Below are positions 36,143-45,790 of a stretch of 64,000 nucleotides of DNA, in pieces. Location: the IMG/VR virus record IMGVR_UViG_3300031555_007106, one strand, 5' to 3'. The position numbers were made by a program, and so were the translations under genes. A model generated the notes under the pieces. The model saw only the letters and a program-made list of their open reading frames with translations. It was not told where the DNA came from and made no database searches. This stretch comes from a virus (taxonomy: Duplodnaviria; Heunggongvirae; Uroviricota; Caudoviricetes). Each line of letters begins with the position of its first letter. Positions within the stretch are counted from its first letter, which is position 1.

Positions 36143-36282
36143 TTTAATTCTCCTTTTAAAATAATTTAAGCAATTTTTAGAACTCCATAACGTCATAAAA
36201 TACTGCTATATATAGTATGAAAGTTTTCTTATAAAATAAAAAGCCCGCCGTAGCGAGCTTTTCTTTGCTATTATCTATTATT
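36143..36282 (-). repeat. terminator-promoter-RBS cassette copy 5 (most divergent)
   Basis: ...aagcaatttttagaactccataacgtcataaaatactgctatatatagtatgaaagttttcttataaaataaaaagcccgccgtagcgagc... Confidence 0.7.
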
Positions 36283-36567
36283 TTACACTTTTGCAATTTC
36301 AACAACATCAGATTTTAATTTTCTGCGAATATCCATCTTATTCAAAGCATACATTTCGATAACGCCATTGTGTTTAGTTTTAACACAATACTTATTCATA
36401 CACTCGTAATAAGGAATAGTCCAGCCCGACTGTTTAAAAACAGGTTCGGTTGTGGCAATATGCAATTCTTTTAATGGTTCTTCATTGCCATTATACCAAG
36501 CTTTTATAGCTTGTGGAATTCTCGATTTTAAAACCGTTTCAATTCCTTCTGTTTTGCATTGAGTCAT
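36283..36567 (-). CDS. hypothetical protein (94 aa)
   Basis: ORF track. Confidence 0.55.
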   Translation of the reverse strand: MTQCKTEGIETVLKSRIPQAIKAWYNGNEEPLKELHIATTEPVFKQSGWTIPYYECMNKYCVKTKHNGVIEMYALNKMDIRRKLKSDVVEIAKV

Positions 36568-36579
36568 TTGTTCTTCCTC

Positions 36580-37041
36580 TCACATATTATCCCAATCAAT
36601 ACCAAGAGCGATAAGTTCTTCTCTTGTTGTTCCGAGCTCGTCAAGATATATCTGCTTTGCTTCAGCGACAAGATTATCTTCTTCAATGTCCCTATCGATA
36701 AGCATTTCGAGAGCATTAGAAAGAATTGTTACAATACGAGCAACATCTTCGTTTGAATGCTCGATAATTTCGTACACATCTGCAAGGTCAGACTTATCAG
36801 AGATAGCTTTAGGCGAACTTGCTCCATTATAAAAGTAGTAACTGCCAAAACAATCCTCTAAAACAATTGTGATTGTGTTTGCTTTTCCAAACTCGCGTTC
36901 CTGAAGAAACTCAACTGCCATAGCTATAAGTTCTTCGCGAGAAAAGATTTCGACATAATCATCAAACCCTCTTGCTCTGTTTATAAGCTCTTCAAGAGTT
37001 GACTCTTCAAATTCTTTTCTTGAAATTCTTCTTTCGTTCAT
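36580..37041 (-). CDS. acidic hypothetical protein (153 aa)
   Basis: ORF track. Confidence 0.6.
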   Translation of the reverse strand: MNERRISRKEFEESTLEELINRARGFDDYVEIFSREELIAMAVEFLQEREFGKANTITIVLEDCFGSYYFYNGASSPKAISDKSDLADVYEIIEHSNEDVARIVTILSNALEMLIDRDIEEDNLVAEAKQIYLDELGTTREELIALGIDWDNM

Positions 37042-37066
37042 ATTATCTTCCTTTCTGCTTTAGTTT

Positions 37067-37369
37067 TTACCATTCGTATTCGAAATCATAGTTCAATTCC
37101 GTTACTTCGAACCCGCAAAAAGATTTAAGATAATCATTGAATGCGGTTTGACCGCAAGCTGTTTTTCTCAATTCAAGCATATCGTTAAAATGCTCGTCGT
37201 ATTCGCTTTCATCCTCTAAGTCATCAAAACTTTCACTTGCGTATTTTGCTGCCATAGCGAATTTTGACATAACTTCTTCTTTAGTTGTACCATTTGGTAC
37301 AGTAACGACATAATATTCGTCACCAATTGTAGATTCAGACGATTTTACGATATAAGTATTCTTGCTCAT
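37067..37369 (-). CDS. acidic small protein (100 aa)
   Basis: ORF track. ESFDDLEDESEYDEHF. Confidence 0.55.
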   Translation of the reverse strand: MSKNTYIVKSSESTIGDEYYVVTVPNGTTKEEVMSKFAMAAKYASESFDDLEDESEYDEHFNDMLELRKTACGQTAFNDYLKSFCGFEVTELNYDFEYEW

Positions 37370-37566
37370 AATTTTATTCCTTTCTCTTTTAAAACTTTTT
37401 CTATCTCTTCTCTATTTGTGCAGAAGAGATTTTTGCTGTCAATCCAATACGCTTTAGGAGTTTTCTTCAGGAACTCTATCATTCTTTCACTTAGATATTC
37501 CTCCTCAAAGAATATTATTCGATAACCATGAAAATAGCGTTTATCCTGCACTCTTACAATAGTCAT
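37366..37566 (-). CDS. hypothetical protein (66 aa)
   Basis: ORF in array. 4-nt overlap. Confidence 0.5.
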   Translation of the reverse strand: MTIVRVQDKRYFHGYRIIFFEEEYLSERMIEFLKKTPKAYWIDSKNLFCTNREEIEKVLKEKGIKL

Positions 37567-37840
37567 CTGTCTTCTCCGTTTTTCTCAACCATTCCATATG
37601 TGCTTCCATTTCTGCAATATACTGTTCTTCCGAAACAGGTTCGTCATCTTCAGCTAATGCTTCGCAACATCCTCTTGCAGGACAATAAGAGCAATCAAAC
37701 CATTCGATGCAGTGGAAGTTACCATCTTCATCATACGCAGATTTAACATCCTCTTCGCTGCCTAAAACAGCCTGTAGGTTGTAATATCTGTCATCTTCTT
37801 CTCTGCCTTCATATTCGGCATTAAGCTGTTCGATAGTCAT
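37541..37840 (-). CDS. Cys-rich small protein (99 aa); tandem paralog of 37864..38058
   Basis: NLQAVLGSEED...DEDGNFHCIEWFDCSYCPARGCCE vs NYQAVLGTEAE...DENGNFHCINWFNCCYCPARNHCE. Confidence 0.55.
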   Translation of the reverse strand: MTIEQLNAEYEGREEDDRYYNLQAVLGSEEDVKSAYDEDGNFHCIEWFDCSYCPARGCCEALAEDDEPVSEEQYIAEMEAHMEWLRKTEKTDDYCKSAG

Positions 37841-37863
37841 ATTTTTATTTCCTTTCTTTGTTT

Positions 37864-38058
37864 TTAGGGTTCACAATGGTTACGTGCAGGACAATAACAG
37901 CAATTAAACCAATTAATACAGTGGAAATTGCCATTTTCATCAAATGCTGCCGCTCCTTCTGCTTCAGTTCCAAGTACAGCCTGATAATTAAGATAATCTT
38001 TTTCAGGGACTTTTCCTTCTGCATATGCTCGTTCAAGCTCCTCAATTGTAAGATACAT
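37864..38058 (-). CDS. Cys-rich small protein (64 aa); first gene after cassette 6
   Basis: ORF 37864..38115 starts inside the cassette. Start moved to MYLTIEELERAY after AAAGGAAG RBS. Confidence 0.5.
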   Translation of the reverse strand: MYLTIEELERAYAEGKVPEKDYLNYQAVLGTEAEGAAAFDENGNFHCINWFNCCYCPARNHCEP

Positions 38059-38202
38059 TATTACGCTTCCTTTCATTAATAAAATAATAGCAATCTTTAA
38101 GACTCCAGTCGTCAATAAATAATTGCTACTAATAGTATGATGAAAAAGGTATAAAACAAAAAAAAGCCCGCCGTAGCGAGCTTTTCTGTTATTGCTATTA
38201 CA
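38059..38202 (-). repeat. terminator-promoter-RBS cassette copy 6
   Basis: taaaataatagcaatctttaagactccagtcgtcaataaataattgctactaatagtatgatgaaaaaggtataaaacaaaaaaaagcccgccgtagcgagc... Confidence 0.85.
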
Positions 38203-38424
38203 TTAATATGTATCACCAAAAGATAATTCGATGCACAAGCCGGCTTCTCCGTTGTCTCTTGTGTATGGATACATATATACAATTTCCCTGTCTTCGTATG
38301 AAGATAGATTGTTAATGTCTTCTCCTTCATAATAAACAACAAGTTTATCACCCGGTTCAAAACACTGAATTTTTAAGCAGCCTTCAATAATAATACCGCT
38401 TTCTAAAAGTTCTCCTAAAGTCAT
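38203..38424 (-). CDS. hypothetical protein (73 aa)
   Basis: ORF track. Overlapping 38112..38360 ORF rejected. Confidence 0.5.
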   Translation of the reverse strand: MTLGELLESGIIIEGCLKIQCFEPGDKLVVYYEGEDINNLSSYEDREIVYMYPYTRDNGEAGLCIELSFGDTY

Positions 38425-38439
38425 TTACTTTCCTTTCTT

Positions 38440-38664
38440 TTACAGACATTGACGTTTCAACTTTTTAATCTGAACATTTGCATATTCAATCTGCTTTTCC
38501 AAAGCTTTTTTATTACGTTCCAAAGCAGCTTTTGGTGCATTTTCCTTAGTTAAACGTTTTTCAATATCCTCAATTTGCCGTCTATGTATGGTGTTTTCAT
38601 ACTCATAAAGAGCAATTTTTTCTTTTAATTGTCGCTGACGAAACATAAATACTCCCATATTCAT
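38440..38664 (-). CDS. coiled-coil small protein (74 aa)
   Basis: ORF track. Confidence 0.5.
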   Translation of the reverse strand: MNMGVFMFRQRQLKEKIALYEYENTIHRRQIEDIEKRLTKENAPKAALERNKKALEKQIEYANVQIKKLKRQCL

Positions 38665-38667
38665 CTT

Positions 38668-38892
38668 TTATGACTCCTCTTCAGCGGTAATACCAAGAAC
38701 TCTCATTGCAACTCCCATAGCCTCTTCTTTGCCGATACAATTATAAATCATATCCTTGCAATAAACATTCCAGCCCGGATGATATTTACCATCAAATGTA
38801 CTGTATAAACCATTTTGATGATACTCAACCTTAGCAATTTCGCCGTTTTCCTCAACTTCGTATTTTCCACGACCGATTTTTCTTACAATCAT
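38668..38892 (-). CDS. hypothetical protein (74 aa)
   Basis: ORF track. Confidence 0.5.
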   Translation of the reverse strand: MIVRKIGRGKYEVEENGEIAKVEYHQNGLYSTFDGKYHPGWNVYCKDMIYNCIGKEEAMGVAMRVLGITAEEES

Positions 38893-38906
38893 AAACTTAC
38901 CTCTTA

Positions 38907-39794
38907 TTAATAATTTTCATCAACATACGGATACGCCTTATCGGTATCAATACCATATTCTTTAAGCTTAGAAAGCATAAACTCCGTTACTTCTTTGCCG
39001 ATTTCAAGCACTTCATCTTCGTCAAGCTGTTCTGATGTTGCAGAATGAGATAAAAATGTGGTCACGAACTCTTCGGAAGTATTGTCGATTTCATCCCAGT
39101 AAGCCATATTAGCCTTTTTGTCGAGAGTCTCATCATCTTCCTCAGAGATTAAAGTAATCTTCTTACGAGCCAAAGCAATGTGTTCGGCTGCCTCTGGTAT
39201 TTCCTTAAGGATAACATCTTCCGTAATAGAATCGGGAAAGGTTGTTAAAAAATAAACAATATCTTCTACGTTTTTTTCTCTCAATTCAGCAGCAGCAAGA
39301 CTCTGGAATCCGTTGTTATGAAAAGCATTATCGCAATGATTGAAATTATCATCATTGAAATTCATATACAGTTTATACCATATATCCTTTTCGGCCATAT
39401 ACTTATCATATTCTTCACGAACAGGTAAATATCCGCGATAAACATTATCCATATCAGTATCGCGGCAATCAATGCCGAGCTTCCAGTAGTGTTCCTGAAT
39501 CACATTATAGAGAAACACCTTTATTGCATTCCAGCACTTCAACTTCTTGATTTCATCCGTTAAATCGTAATCAATATAATCATCGGGACACCAACCGCTG
39601 TTTTTCTGGTTTACATAACCGAATAACGTAATCTTTTCAGAACCATCCTCTGAATTTTCAATCATAAGTTCACCCTGAATAAAACCGATACGATATGTAG
39701 CTATGACTACATGGTCTCCGAATTCTCTGTTTTCCCAAAGATGACGAATAAGGTAGTTATCTTCATGCCAAAACTTTTCTATTCTTTTACCCAT
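38907..39794 (-). CDS. hypothetical protein (295 aa); paralog (N-terminal domain) of 28920..29588
   Basis: ORF track. See 28920..29588. Confidence 0.65.
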   Translation of the reverse strand: MGKRIEKFWHEDNYLIRHLWENREFGDHVVIATYRIGFIQGELMIENSEDGSEKITLFGYVNQKNSGWCPDDYIDYDLTDEIKKLKCWNAIKVFLYNVIQEHYWKLGIDCRDTDMDNVYRGYLPVREEYDKYMAEKDIWYKLYMNFNDDNFNHCDNAFHNNGFQSLAAAELREKNVEDIVYFLTTFPDSITEDVILKEIPEAAEHIALARKKITLISEEDDETLDKKANMAYWDEIDNTSEEFVTTFLSHSATSEQLDEDEVLEIGKEVTEFMLSKLKEYGIDTDKAYPYVDENY

Positions 39795-39808
39795 AATGAT
39801 TTCCTTTC

Positions 39809-40150
39809 TTATAATAAATCTGCGGTCCAGTCATCGATATGACAATTATCCACAATTGCTTCCAATTTAATGACAGCGCTTTCGAGCTTATTAATCTTAG
39901 CGGTTGCGTCAATAAGCTTGATGTGCATAACCGCTTCGTTATATGTTTCAAAAAAACCTTCATAGCGAGAAGGCTCTAAACAGCTGAGCAACTTATTTTC
40001 ACCATTTACTTCGATAGAATATTCGGTAAATACGCCACAAGATACTGCATAACGCTTACCAAAACGTTCGCACTGCTCATCGCTAAGTTCGTAAATTGCC
40101 CATTTGTTTACATTTACTCCCCTTACTTCAAAAAATTTTCTTAACTTCAT
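39809..40150 (-). CDS. hypothetical protein (113 aa)
   Basis: ORF track. Confidence 0.6.
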   Translation of the reverse strand: MKLRKFFEVRGVNVNKWAIYELSDEQCERFGKRYAVSCGVFTEYSIEVNGENKLLSCLEPSRYEGFFETYNEAVMHIKLIDATAKINKLESAVIKLEAIVDNCHIDDWTADLL

Positions 40151-40168
40151 TCATTTGCTCCTTCGTTA

Positions 40169-40351
40169 TTACTTTTTCATTTTCTTGACAACCTTAACGC
40201 TGTCACGTTTGAAATTTCCACCGCCATATTTATGATTGGAACGAACATATTCCAGTCCCTTTTTTACAGCATCTTCTTTGTTTTCAGCCATAATTTCAAA
40301 ATGTACATCACCGGCAAAAAAGCCGGTGACGGACATTAAATACTTATTCAT
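40169..40351 (-). CDS. small basic protein (60 aa)
   Basis: ORF in array. Confidence 0.45.
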   Translation of the reverse strand: MNKYLMSVTGFFAGDVHFEIMAENKEDAVKKGLEYVRSNHKYGGGNFKRDSVKVVKKMKK

Positions 40352-40377
40352 TATTTTTCCTTTCTTAACAGCAAATT

Positions 40378-41103
40378 TTACATCAAATCGTATCTTCTGC
40401 GAATTTCCTCAGTAATTTCAATACGTAGATTACAAAGCTGCTCATAGTAACCTGTTTCACTTGGATTCGCAAATTTATATTCGTGAACCTTTTTACAAGC
40501 TTTAAGATGTTCTACAGCAACTCCATTCGATAAGTATTTTTCAGGACATTCTATCAACCTTTTAGGCGTTCCAACAAAAACATAAACATATCTTTTTGTT
40601 TTATCTCTTCCAAGATAAATGTATGTAGAACGCCACGGTGATGAACCAGAAAAATACACTGCTCCCGCAATCAAGTCTTTTGCCTTTACGAAGGAAAATC
40701 CTGCATTTTTATCAGAGGATTCGTATGTGATAGCAAATGGTTCAAGTTTTTCTTTTTCTCGGTCAATGAACGTTGAAAATTCTTCTGTATAGTCAGCCCA
40801 AACCATTCTTATTTTAGGTTTTGACGTATAAGAACAAATAAAATCGACATCCCAAGCTGAGTGAAGAAGCTGTTTAATAAGCCCGTTTAAGAATTCGCTC
40901 TGCTCCTTCTGATGAACAATTCTAACTTCGTTGAAATCGCTGTTCTCTAATCCGCATCGAGCCAAAGTATAGAATACCGTTTCATCACGATTGTTGCGAC
41001 CCAGATACATTCTGAGCCAACCGTCACGCCACATATATACCTTACCCTGCACATATGCTTCAGTAATATATCCTCCGTCAAGAGGGAAACGTAAATCATC
41101 CAT
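40378..41103 (-). CDS. hypothetical protein (241 aa)
   Basis: ORF track. Confidence 0.65.
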   Translation of the reverse strand: MDDLRFPLDGGYITEAYVQGKVYMWRDGWLRMYLGRNNRDETVFYTLARCGLENSDFNEVRIVHQKEQSEFLNGLIKQLLHSAWDVDFICSYTSKPKIRMVWADYTEEFSTFIDREKEKLEPFAITYESSDKNAGFSFVKAKDLIAGAVYFSGSSPWRSTYIYLGRDKTKRYVYVFVGTPKRLIECPEKYLSNGVAVEHLKACKKVHEYKFANPSETGYYEQLCNLRIEITEEIRRRYDLM

Positions 41104-41129
41104 TCTTTTTCTCCTTGTAGTGTTTTACT

Positions 41130-41441
41130 TTAATAAATGCTCCATCCTTCGTTATCTTCAACAAGATACTCCAGTTCTCTCCAAATCTGAGACGAAATAT
41201 CCTTAATTTCAGGGTGTTTAGAAACACATTCCCAAATTTGTTTGGTTTCTTCTGCTGTAAACTCACCATAAATGTTGTTAAACCATTTTACGAGAGTTTC
41301 ATTTGTTCCTTCAGGGAAAACAAATTCAAGAGCTTTAATGTGTTCCTTTTTGATTCCTCCGAAAACCTCGGCTACCGCACATACCTCGCTATTAAAGCGA
41401 GGATAGCTTGCGGAACCTGCGTAATAATAATCCATTCCCAT
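41130..41441 (-). CDS. hypothetical protein (103 aa)
   Basis: ORF track. Confidence 0.55.
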   Translation of the reverse strand: MGMDYYYAGSASYPRFNSEVCAVAEVFGGIKKEHIKALEFVFPEGTNETLVKWFNNIYGEFTAEETKQIWECVSKHPEIKDISSQIWRELEYLVEDNEGWSIY

Positions 41442-41455
41442 AGTTTCACCCTTTC

Positions 41456-41650
41456 TTACTTATGAAAATTTTTTCCGCTCCACTCACAAGCCATCTTTCT
41501 CTTTAAAAGGGGTATGTATGAGTGATTGATGGCGTTTCCTATTTTAACAATCAGAACAAATTCAAACGCAATGAGGTAAATTCGTAACACTTTAAAAAAA
41601 GGTAAACCGTCATCCCAAAGCCATGCTCCGTATCTTTCAATATAAAACAT
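41456..41650 (-). CDS. small hydrophobic protein (64 aa)
   Basis: ORF 41456..41689. Start moved to MFYIERYG (Met14) after AAGAAAGGAAAA RBS. Confidence 0.45.
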   Translation of the reverse strand: MFYIERYGAWLWDDGLPFFKVLRIYLIAFEFVLIVKIGNAINHSYIPLLKRKMACEWSGKNFHK

Positions 41651-41664
41651 AAAGTTTTCCTTTC

Positions 41665-42081
41665 TTATAATCTTGATAATACCTGACAAAGATAGTCATC
41701 AATCTTAAAATGTTCGGGAATATACGACTTACCCTTATCAGTTACAAACATTGAAATTCCAAAATGTGTGTTTTTATCACAAGAAAACTGACTTTCATAC
41801 ACATTGTAATCTTCAAGCCAAAATATAACATTTTTATTTGTTTCTTCTTCTGAAAGAGGATAACGTACACATTCTGTATTCTCTTCAAATGTTTTATTGC
41901 TTTCTTCAACGTAAAAAAGGCCATCTTTTTCGAAAAGAACAAAAACTAATACTGCAGTATCAGTCGGCTTGCCATATTCTTCGGTGTGAATATATGTAAG
42001 CAGCACATCCTTAGGTTCTAAACCTAAAGCATCCCATTCCTTTTTCGATAAAAGTTCTTCTTTTGTGATTTGTCGTTTCAT
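41665..42081 (-). CDS. hypothetical protein (138 aa)
   Basis: ORF track. Confidence 0.6.
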   Translation of the reverse strand: MKRQITKEELLSKKEWDALGLEPKDVLLTYIHTEEYGKPTDTAVLVFVLFEKDGLFYVEESNKTFEENTECVRYPLSEEETNKNVIFWLEDYNVYESQFSCDKNTHFGISMFVTDKGKSYIPEHFKIDDYLCQVLSRL

Positions 42082-42093
42082 TGTTCATTCTCC

Positions 42094-42402
42094 TTAATTT
42101 AATTCGTAATTTTCTCTAAGCTCGGGAATAACTTCGTCAGTAAGCCCCACCTTGTCATATAAATCCATAAGCTTATCGTGGTCTTCTTCCCAGTAGTTGC
42201 CTTCTAAATCTTCCCACATAACGATTCCATCATATATTGTAGAAGACTGCTCCTTTGTAAAACAGCCGTTTTCAACACAGAATTCAAGAAATTCTTCAAA
42301 GCAGTAATCGCAGGCTATTTCGTAAGCTTCAGGAAGCTTCGATTTAGGTAAAGGCTGAACCAGATGCATAACTCTTTCAAAACAAGTTACTGGACAGTTC
42401 AT
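42094..42402 (-). CDS. hypothetical protein (102 aa)
   Basis: ORF track. Confidence 0.55.
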   Translation of the reverse strand: MNCPVTCFERVMHLVQPLPKSKLPEAYEIACDYCFEEFLEFCVENGCFTKEQSSTIYDGIVMWEDLEGNYWEEDHDKLMDLYDKVGLTDEVIPELRENYELN

Positions 42403-42647
42403 ACGTTCACCCCGCTTTCCTTTATAAGCTCACGAATCTTGAGCGTTCCGATGACACAAATGTGTTCTATAAACTCGGAAATGCGAAGCATATAAGGTTC
42501 ATTGTCGATAACCAGATAAATATCGCCGCAATGTAATGCGCCGTTAGAGCTCATTGTGATTGACGGGATAGAGATTATGCAAAAGTCTCTTCCATCGTCA
42601 AGAATTCCCGTTACGCCTTCCTTGATTTCAAAAAATAATTCGTTCAT
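42399..42647 (-). CDS. hypothetical protein (82 aa)
   Basis: ORF track. 4-nt overlap. Confidence 0.5.
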   Translation of the reverse strand: MNELFFEIKEGVTGILDDGRDFCIISIPSITMSSNGALHCGDIYLVIDNEPYMLRISEFIEHICVIGTLKIRELIKESGVNV

Positions 42648-42662
42648 GTTATTTTATTCCTT

Positions 42663-43049
42663 TCATTCATAAAATTCGTTGTTTATTGCATCCGCAATAA
42701 AATGTGTTATTATTAATCCTATTCCAACACAAATGATGATAACAGCCACCGCTGGAATAGTATTAAATATACAAAGCTTGACATAAAAACCGATGAAGAA
42801 TAGCACCACAGCCTTAGTTGATACTTTGCAAAACTCAAAAAGCTTTGTGTACTTTTGATACTTTTCTTCGTTCCACTGCAAAATTGTGCAGCTCATAGCA
42901 TATCCCCAAATACAGAAAGCTCCGATAAATACGGCAGCATTTTCAGCAGGCGTAAAAAGTTTCAAAAAACTTATGTCTGCTAAAGCAAGGATAAAACCAA
43001 ACAGAAACATTCTTGAAAAAAGTTCTGCATATCTTATGATTTTTCGCAT
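42663..43049 (-). CDS. integral membrane protein (128 aa, ~4 TM)
   Basis: ORF track. Hydrophobic. Confidence 0.55.
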   Translation of the reverse strand: MRKIIRYAELFSRMFLFGFILALADISFLKLFTPAENAAVFIGAFCIWGYAMSCTILQWNEEKYQKYTKLFEFCKVSTKAVVLFFIGFYVKLCIFNTIPAVAVIIICVGIGLIITHFIADAINNEFYE

Positions 43050-43060
43050 TTGTATACTCC

Positions 43061-43390
43061 TTACTTTGTAATTTCTACGTCACAGCCAATAAAATAGCTC
43101 ACAAGACGCATTGTTGTTCCCTTAGGAATTTCATTATGCTTCTTGATGTGGCGGATAGCTGCTCTCACACTTCTTATCTTGTGATTAACACTGAATAAAG
43201 AAATATTGTTTCCGGAATTGTCTCGTTCTGACATGGGAATCCACTTATTCAGCTCAGGACACCAATCAAGATAATGATTATCGACATTCTCAAGTCCTCC
43301 AAAAATAGGAGTTCTGTTTTCGTGATGAGGAACCTTAACGGTTCCCTTCATCACACGATGTCCCTTGCTTCTTAAAAACTTCACCTTCAT
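43061..43390 (-). CDS. basic hypothetical protein (109 aa)
   Basis: ORF track. Confidence 0.55.
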   Translation of the reverse strand: MKVKFLRSKGHRVMKGTVKVPHHENRTPIFGGLENVDNHYLDWCPELNKWIPMSERDNSGNNISLFSVNHKIRSVRAAIRHIKKHNEIPKGTTMRLVSYFIGCDVEITK

Positions 43391-43419
43391 AACTATTTTC
43401 CTTTCTTTTCAGCCTCAAT

Positions 43420-43953
43420 TCAATCGAGGGTTATCTCCTTACCTTCTTCGTTGTAGGTCAATCGGGTAACAACGAAATATTCTCCGTTTCTGCGTTCAAT
43501 CTTTGTAAGAGTTCCGTTATCAAAGTCATAATCGATATATTTAGTGACGTTTTTTTCTTTTTCACCAAAACCGGAATGAACAATCGCGGGTCTGAAATTC
43601 TTACTGTCGTGACGACGCTCAAACCATCTCCCCTGCTTATCAAGCTCTTCGAAACGAGCACAAATATTCTTCTGAACAAGATTAGCTGTCGCTTCATGTT
43701 TGAAAATCTTAATACGTCTCACAAAACCCTCTGAATTATACACGTCAACTGCATACTCTTCAGTTATAAGGCCCATAATACGCATATAAGTTCTCTTTGG
43801 AAGGCCTGTTTCTTTACAGATAACATTGATAAACTCTTCGTTATCAATATCCATACATTCAAATGCATGATGTGTATTGTTCACCATAAGAATGAATGCC
43901 TTTAACACATCAGCACATTTTTCTTCTTCCATTTCTTTTAACAACCAATTCAT
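43420..43953 (-). CDS. hypothetical protein (177 aa); first gene after cassette 7
   Basis: ORF track. Confidence 0.6.
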   Translation of the reverse strand: MNWLLKEMEEEKCADVLKAFILMVNNTHHAFECMDIDNEEFINVICKETGLPKRTYMRIMGLITEEYAVDVYNSEGFVRRIKIFKHEATANLVQKNICARFEELDKQGRWFERRHDSKNFRPAIVHSGFGEKEKNVTKYIDYDFDNGTLTKIERRNGEYFVVTRLTYNEEGKEITLD

Positions 43954-44092
43954 AATTTAATTCCTTTCATAATAAAAATAATAGCAATTCTTTAAAAACT
44001 CCAATCGTCATAAAATAATTGCTACTAATAGTATGATAAAGTTTGCGTAAAACAAAAAAGCCCGCCGTAGCGAGCCTTTTTTGTTATTGCTA
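43954..44092 (-). repeat. terminator-promoter-RBS cassette copy 7 (near-identical to copy 2)
   Basis: ...ataatagcaattctttaaaaactccaatcgtcataaaataattgctactaatagtatgataaagtttgcgtaaaacaaaaaagcccgccgtagcgagcc... Confidence 0.85.
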
Positions 44093-44242
44093 TTATATAG
44101 GACAGGTATCCTCTCGTTCTTTTTCTCCTTCTTCCACCTCAGGAGAAATAACAGTATTTGTTAATGTACATTTGTACCCAACAACATCCATTAATTCTCC
44201 ATCAATTATAGATTTTCTGTATTCGCATTCTTTGCACTTCAT
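44093..44242 (-). CDS. small Cys-containing peptide (49 aa: MKCKECEYRKSIIDGELMDVVGYKCTLTN...EDTCPI); below ORF-track cutoff
   Basis: Hand-found. GGAGG 7 nt upstream of ATG at 44242. Stop TAA is inside the cassette-7 TAATAG motif. Confidence 0.35.
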   Translation of the reverse strand: MKCKECEYRKSIIDGELMDVVGYKCTLTNTVISPEVEEGEKEREDTCPI

Positions 44243-44269
44243 TTCATTTCCTCCAATTTACATTTATAT

Positions 44270-44524
44270 TCAATATTGATTAATATAAGGATTAATGCCT
44301 AAAACAATTTCACAGGCAGTATAAACTGCTTCAGTGTCATCTGTATTATCTTTGCATTCCTCGATTATATGATTAACCATATTGAGTGTAACGTCTCGAT
44401 AAGCTGTATCAAAGGGATAAATCTCTGATGTACGAGCTTCAAATGCAATGAAAGAAACAACATCAAACTGTTCATCGGTTAAATCAAGAGTCAGAAGAGC
44501 TTCACCTTTTAACTTTGTTCTCAT
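44270..44524 (-). CDS. hypothetical protein (84 aa)
   Basis: ORF track. Confidence 0.5.
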   Translation of the reverse strand: MRTKLKGEALLTLDLTDEQFDVVSFIAFEARTSEIYPFDTAYRDVTLNMVNHIIEECKDNTDDTEAVYTACEIVLGINPYINQY

Positions 44525-44540
44525 AATCCGTCTCCTTTAC

Positions 44541-44825
44541 TTACTGCGGATTTTCACGAGTAAGAGGAGTCCAGTGCTTTACAAATTTATGTAAAGCCTC
44601 TTTTCCTTCTCTGTCGTAAACGCCTTTTAATGTCCGATATGTGCGATTCCAATCAACGTCATTAATGTCGCCGCCAGCTATTATATACTGTGCAACAACA
44701 TAATTTACATAATCGTTAACTAACTTTTCGCTGCCATTTTCTTCAGTTCCGGGTACACTTGTTAAACATTTCGTTTCCATTTTCTTTACCCTTTCCGCAG
44801 AATTACTGCCACTGCTCGATATCAT
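44541..44825 (-). CDS. hypothetical protein (94 aa)
   Basis: ORF track. Confidence 0.5.
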   Translation of the reverse strand: MISSSGSNSAERVKKMETKCLTSVPGTEENGSEKLVNDYVNYVVAQYIIAGGDINDVDWNRTYRTLKGVYDREGKEALHKFVKHWTPLTRENPQ

Positions 44826-45435
44826 AGCACTTGTTTATAAAGCCGTGCTCTTCAGAGTTGTAAGGCACACAAGGAATTCCGGTTAAATATTCAACACCCT
44901 TAATAAGAGTATTGATGTTTAATCCGTCGTCAATATAGATTTCAGGATGTCTCTTGTTATTCTTGATAAATAACATCAACTCTTCTCTTTCGCTTTCCCC
45001 GGAACTCTTGTATTCTTCTATTGTTTCATCAAGATTTTCAAGCTCATCGGGATGAGTGTTACAGATGAAATTAGCCTTTCTGAAAATATCTACCATTTCA
45101 TCTTTGGTGATATTTCTATCTGCAGAAAAAAGGTATGTGCCCTTATCAATATCGTCCGGGTCATCACTGCCAGCATAGAAAGTAACGTGAAGCAGATAGC
45201 GAGTAGTTTCATTTATAAATTCGTCATCATACTCATCTTCCTCCATATCTTCGTCATCGTACTCATCTTCCTCGACTTCTCTTATATCCGTCAGAGAAAA
45301 ACCAAAATCCTCAACAAGTTCATCGGCAGTAAAGCCTAAATCCATGAGCTTTTCGATAACTGTTGAACAATTCTCGGCAACAAACATATCGTCAACAACA
45401 GCGTTTAATAATTCCATTGCTCTTTCAATATTCAT
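44803..45435 (-). CDS. acidic hypothetical protein (210 aa; EVEEDEYDDEDMEEDEYDDE stretch)
   Basis: ORF 44803..45468. Start moved to MNIERAMELL (Met12) after AAAGGAAAAAA RBS. Confidence 0.6.
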   Translation of the reverse strand: MNIERAMELLNAVVDDMFVAENCSTVIEKLMDLGFTADELVEDFGFSLTDIREVEEDEYDDEDMEEDEYDDEFINETTRYLLHVTFYAGSDDPDDIDKGTYLFSADRNITKDEMVDIFRKANFICNTHPDELENLDETIEEYKSSGESEREELMLFIKNNKRHPEIYIDDGLNINTLIKGVEYLTGIPCVPYNSEEHGFINKCYDIEQWQ

Positions 45436-45454
45436 AATATTTTTTCCTTTCTTT

Positions 45455-45790
45455 TTAAAGTTTATCAACGTCGTATACGTGCATTAAATTGAAGGTGTCA
45501 TCATCATAGGTTACGCGTGAAGATGCACTATCTTCATTAATGAAGAAGTTTAATCCGCCAGCTTCTTCGGCCCAATTAAGAAATTCAATTGTTAATCCCT
45601 TTTCTTCAAGTTCTTTATAAGAGAAATTTTCGGGCAATCCTGACATTTCGGCGAATTCAGATACATCGCCAACTCCAGCTAAGTAATTTTCAATAGTTGT
45701 TTCAACCATGAAATTTACGGCTTCGTCGAATGTTTCTGCTTTTGATGGAGTATATTCTCCATCACCTGTTACATTTGTGATAATATACAT
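45455..45790 (-). CDS. acidic hypothetical protein (111 aa)
   Basis: ORF 45455..45808. Start moved to MYIITNVTG after AAAGGAAGAA RBS. Confidence 0.55.
   Translation of the reverse strand: MYIITNVTGDGEYTPSKAETFDEAVNFMVETTIENYLAGVGDVSEFAEMSGLPENFSYKELEEKGLTIEFLNWAEEAGGLNFFINEDSASSRVTYDDDTFNLMHVYDVDKL

Noticed and set aside
38112-38360. 82-aa ORF spanning cassette 6
   Set aside because: It translates the terminator and promoter repeat and overlaps two better genes. It is spurious.
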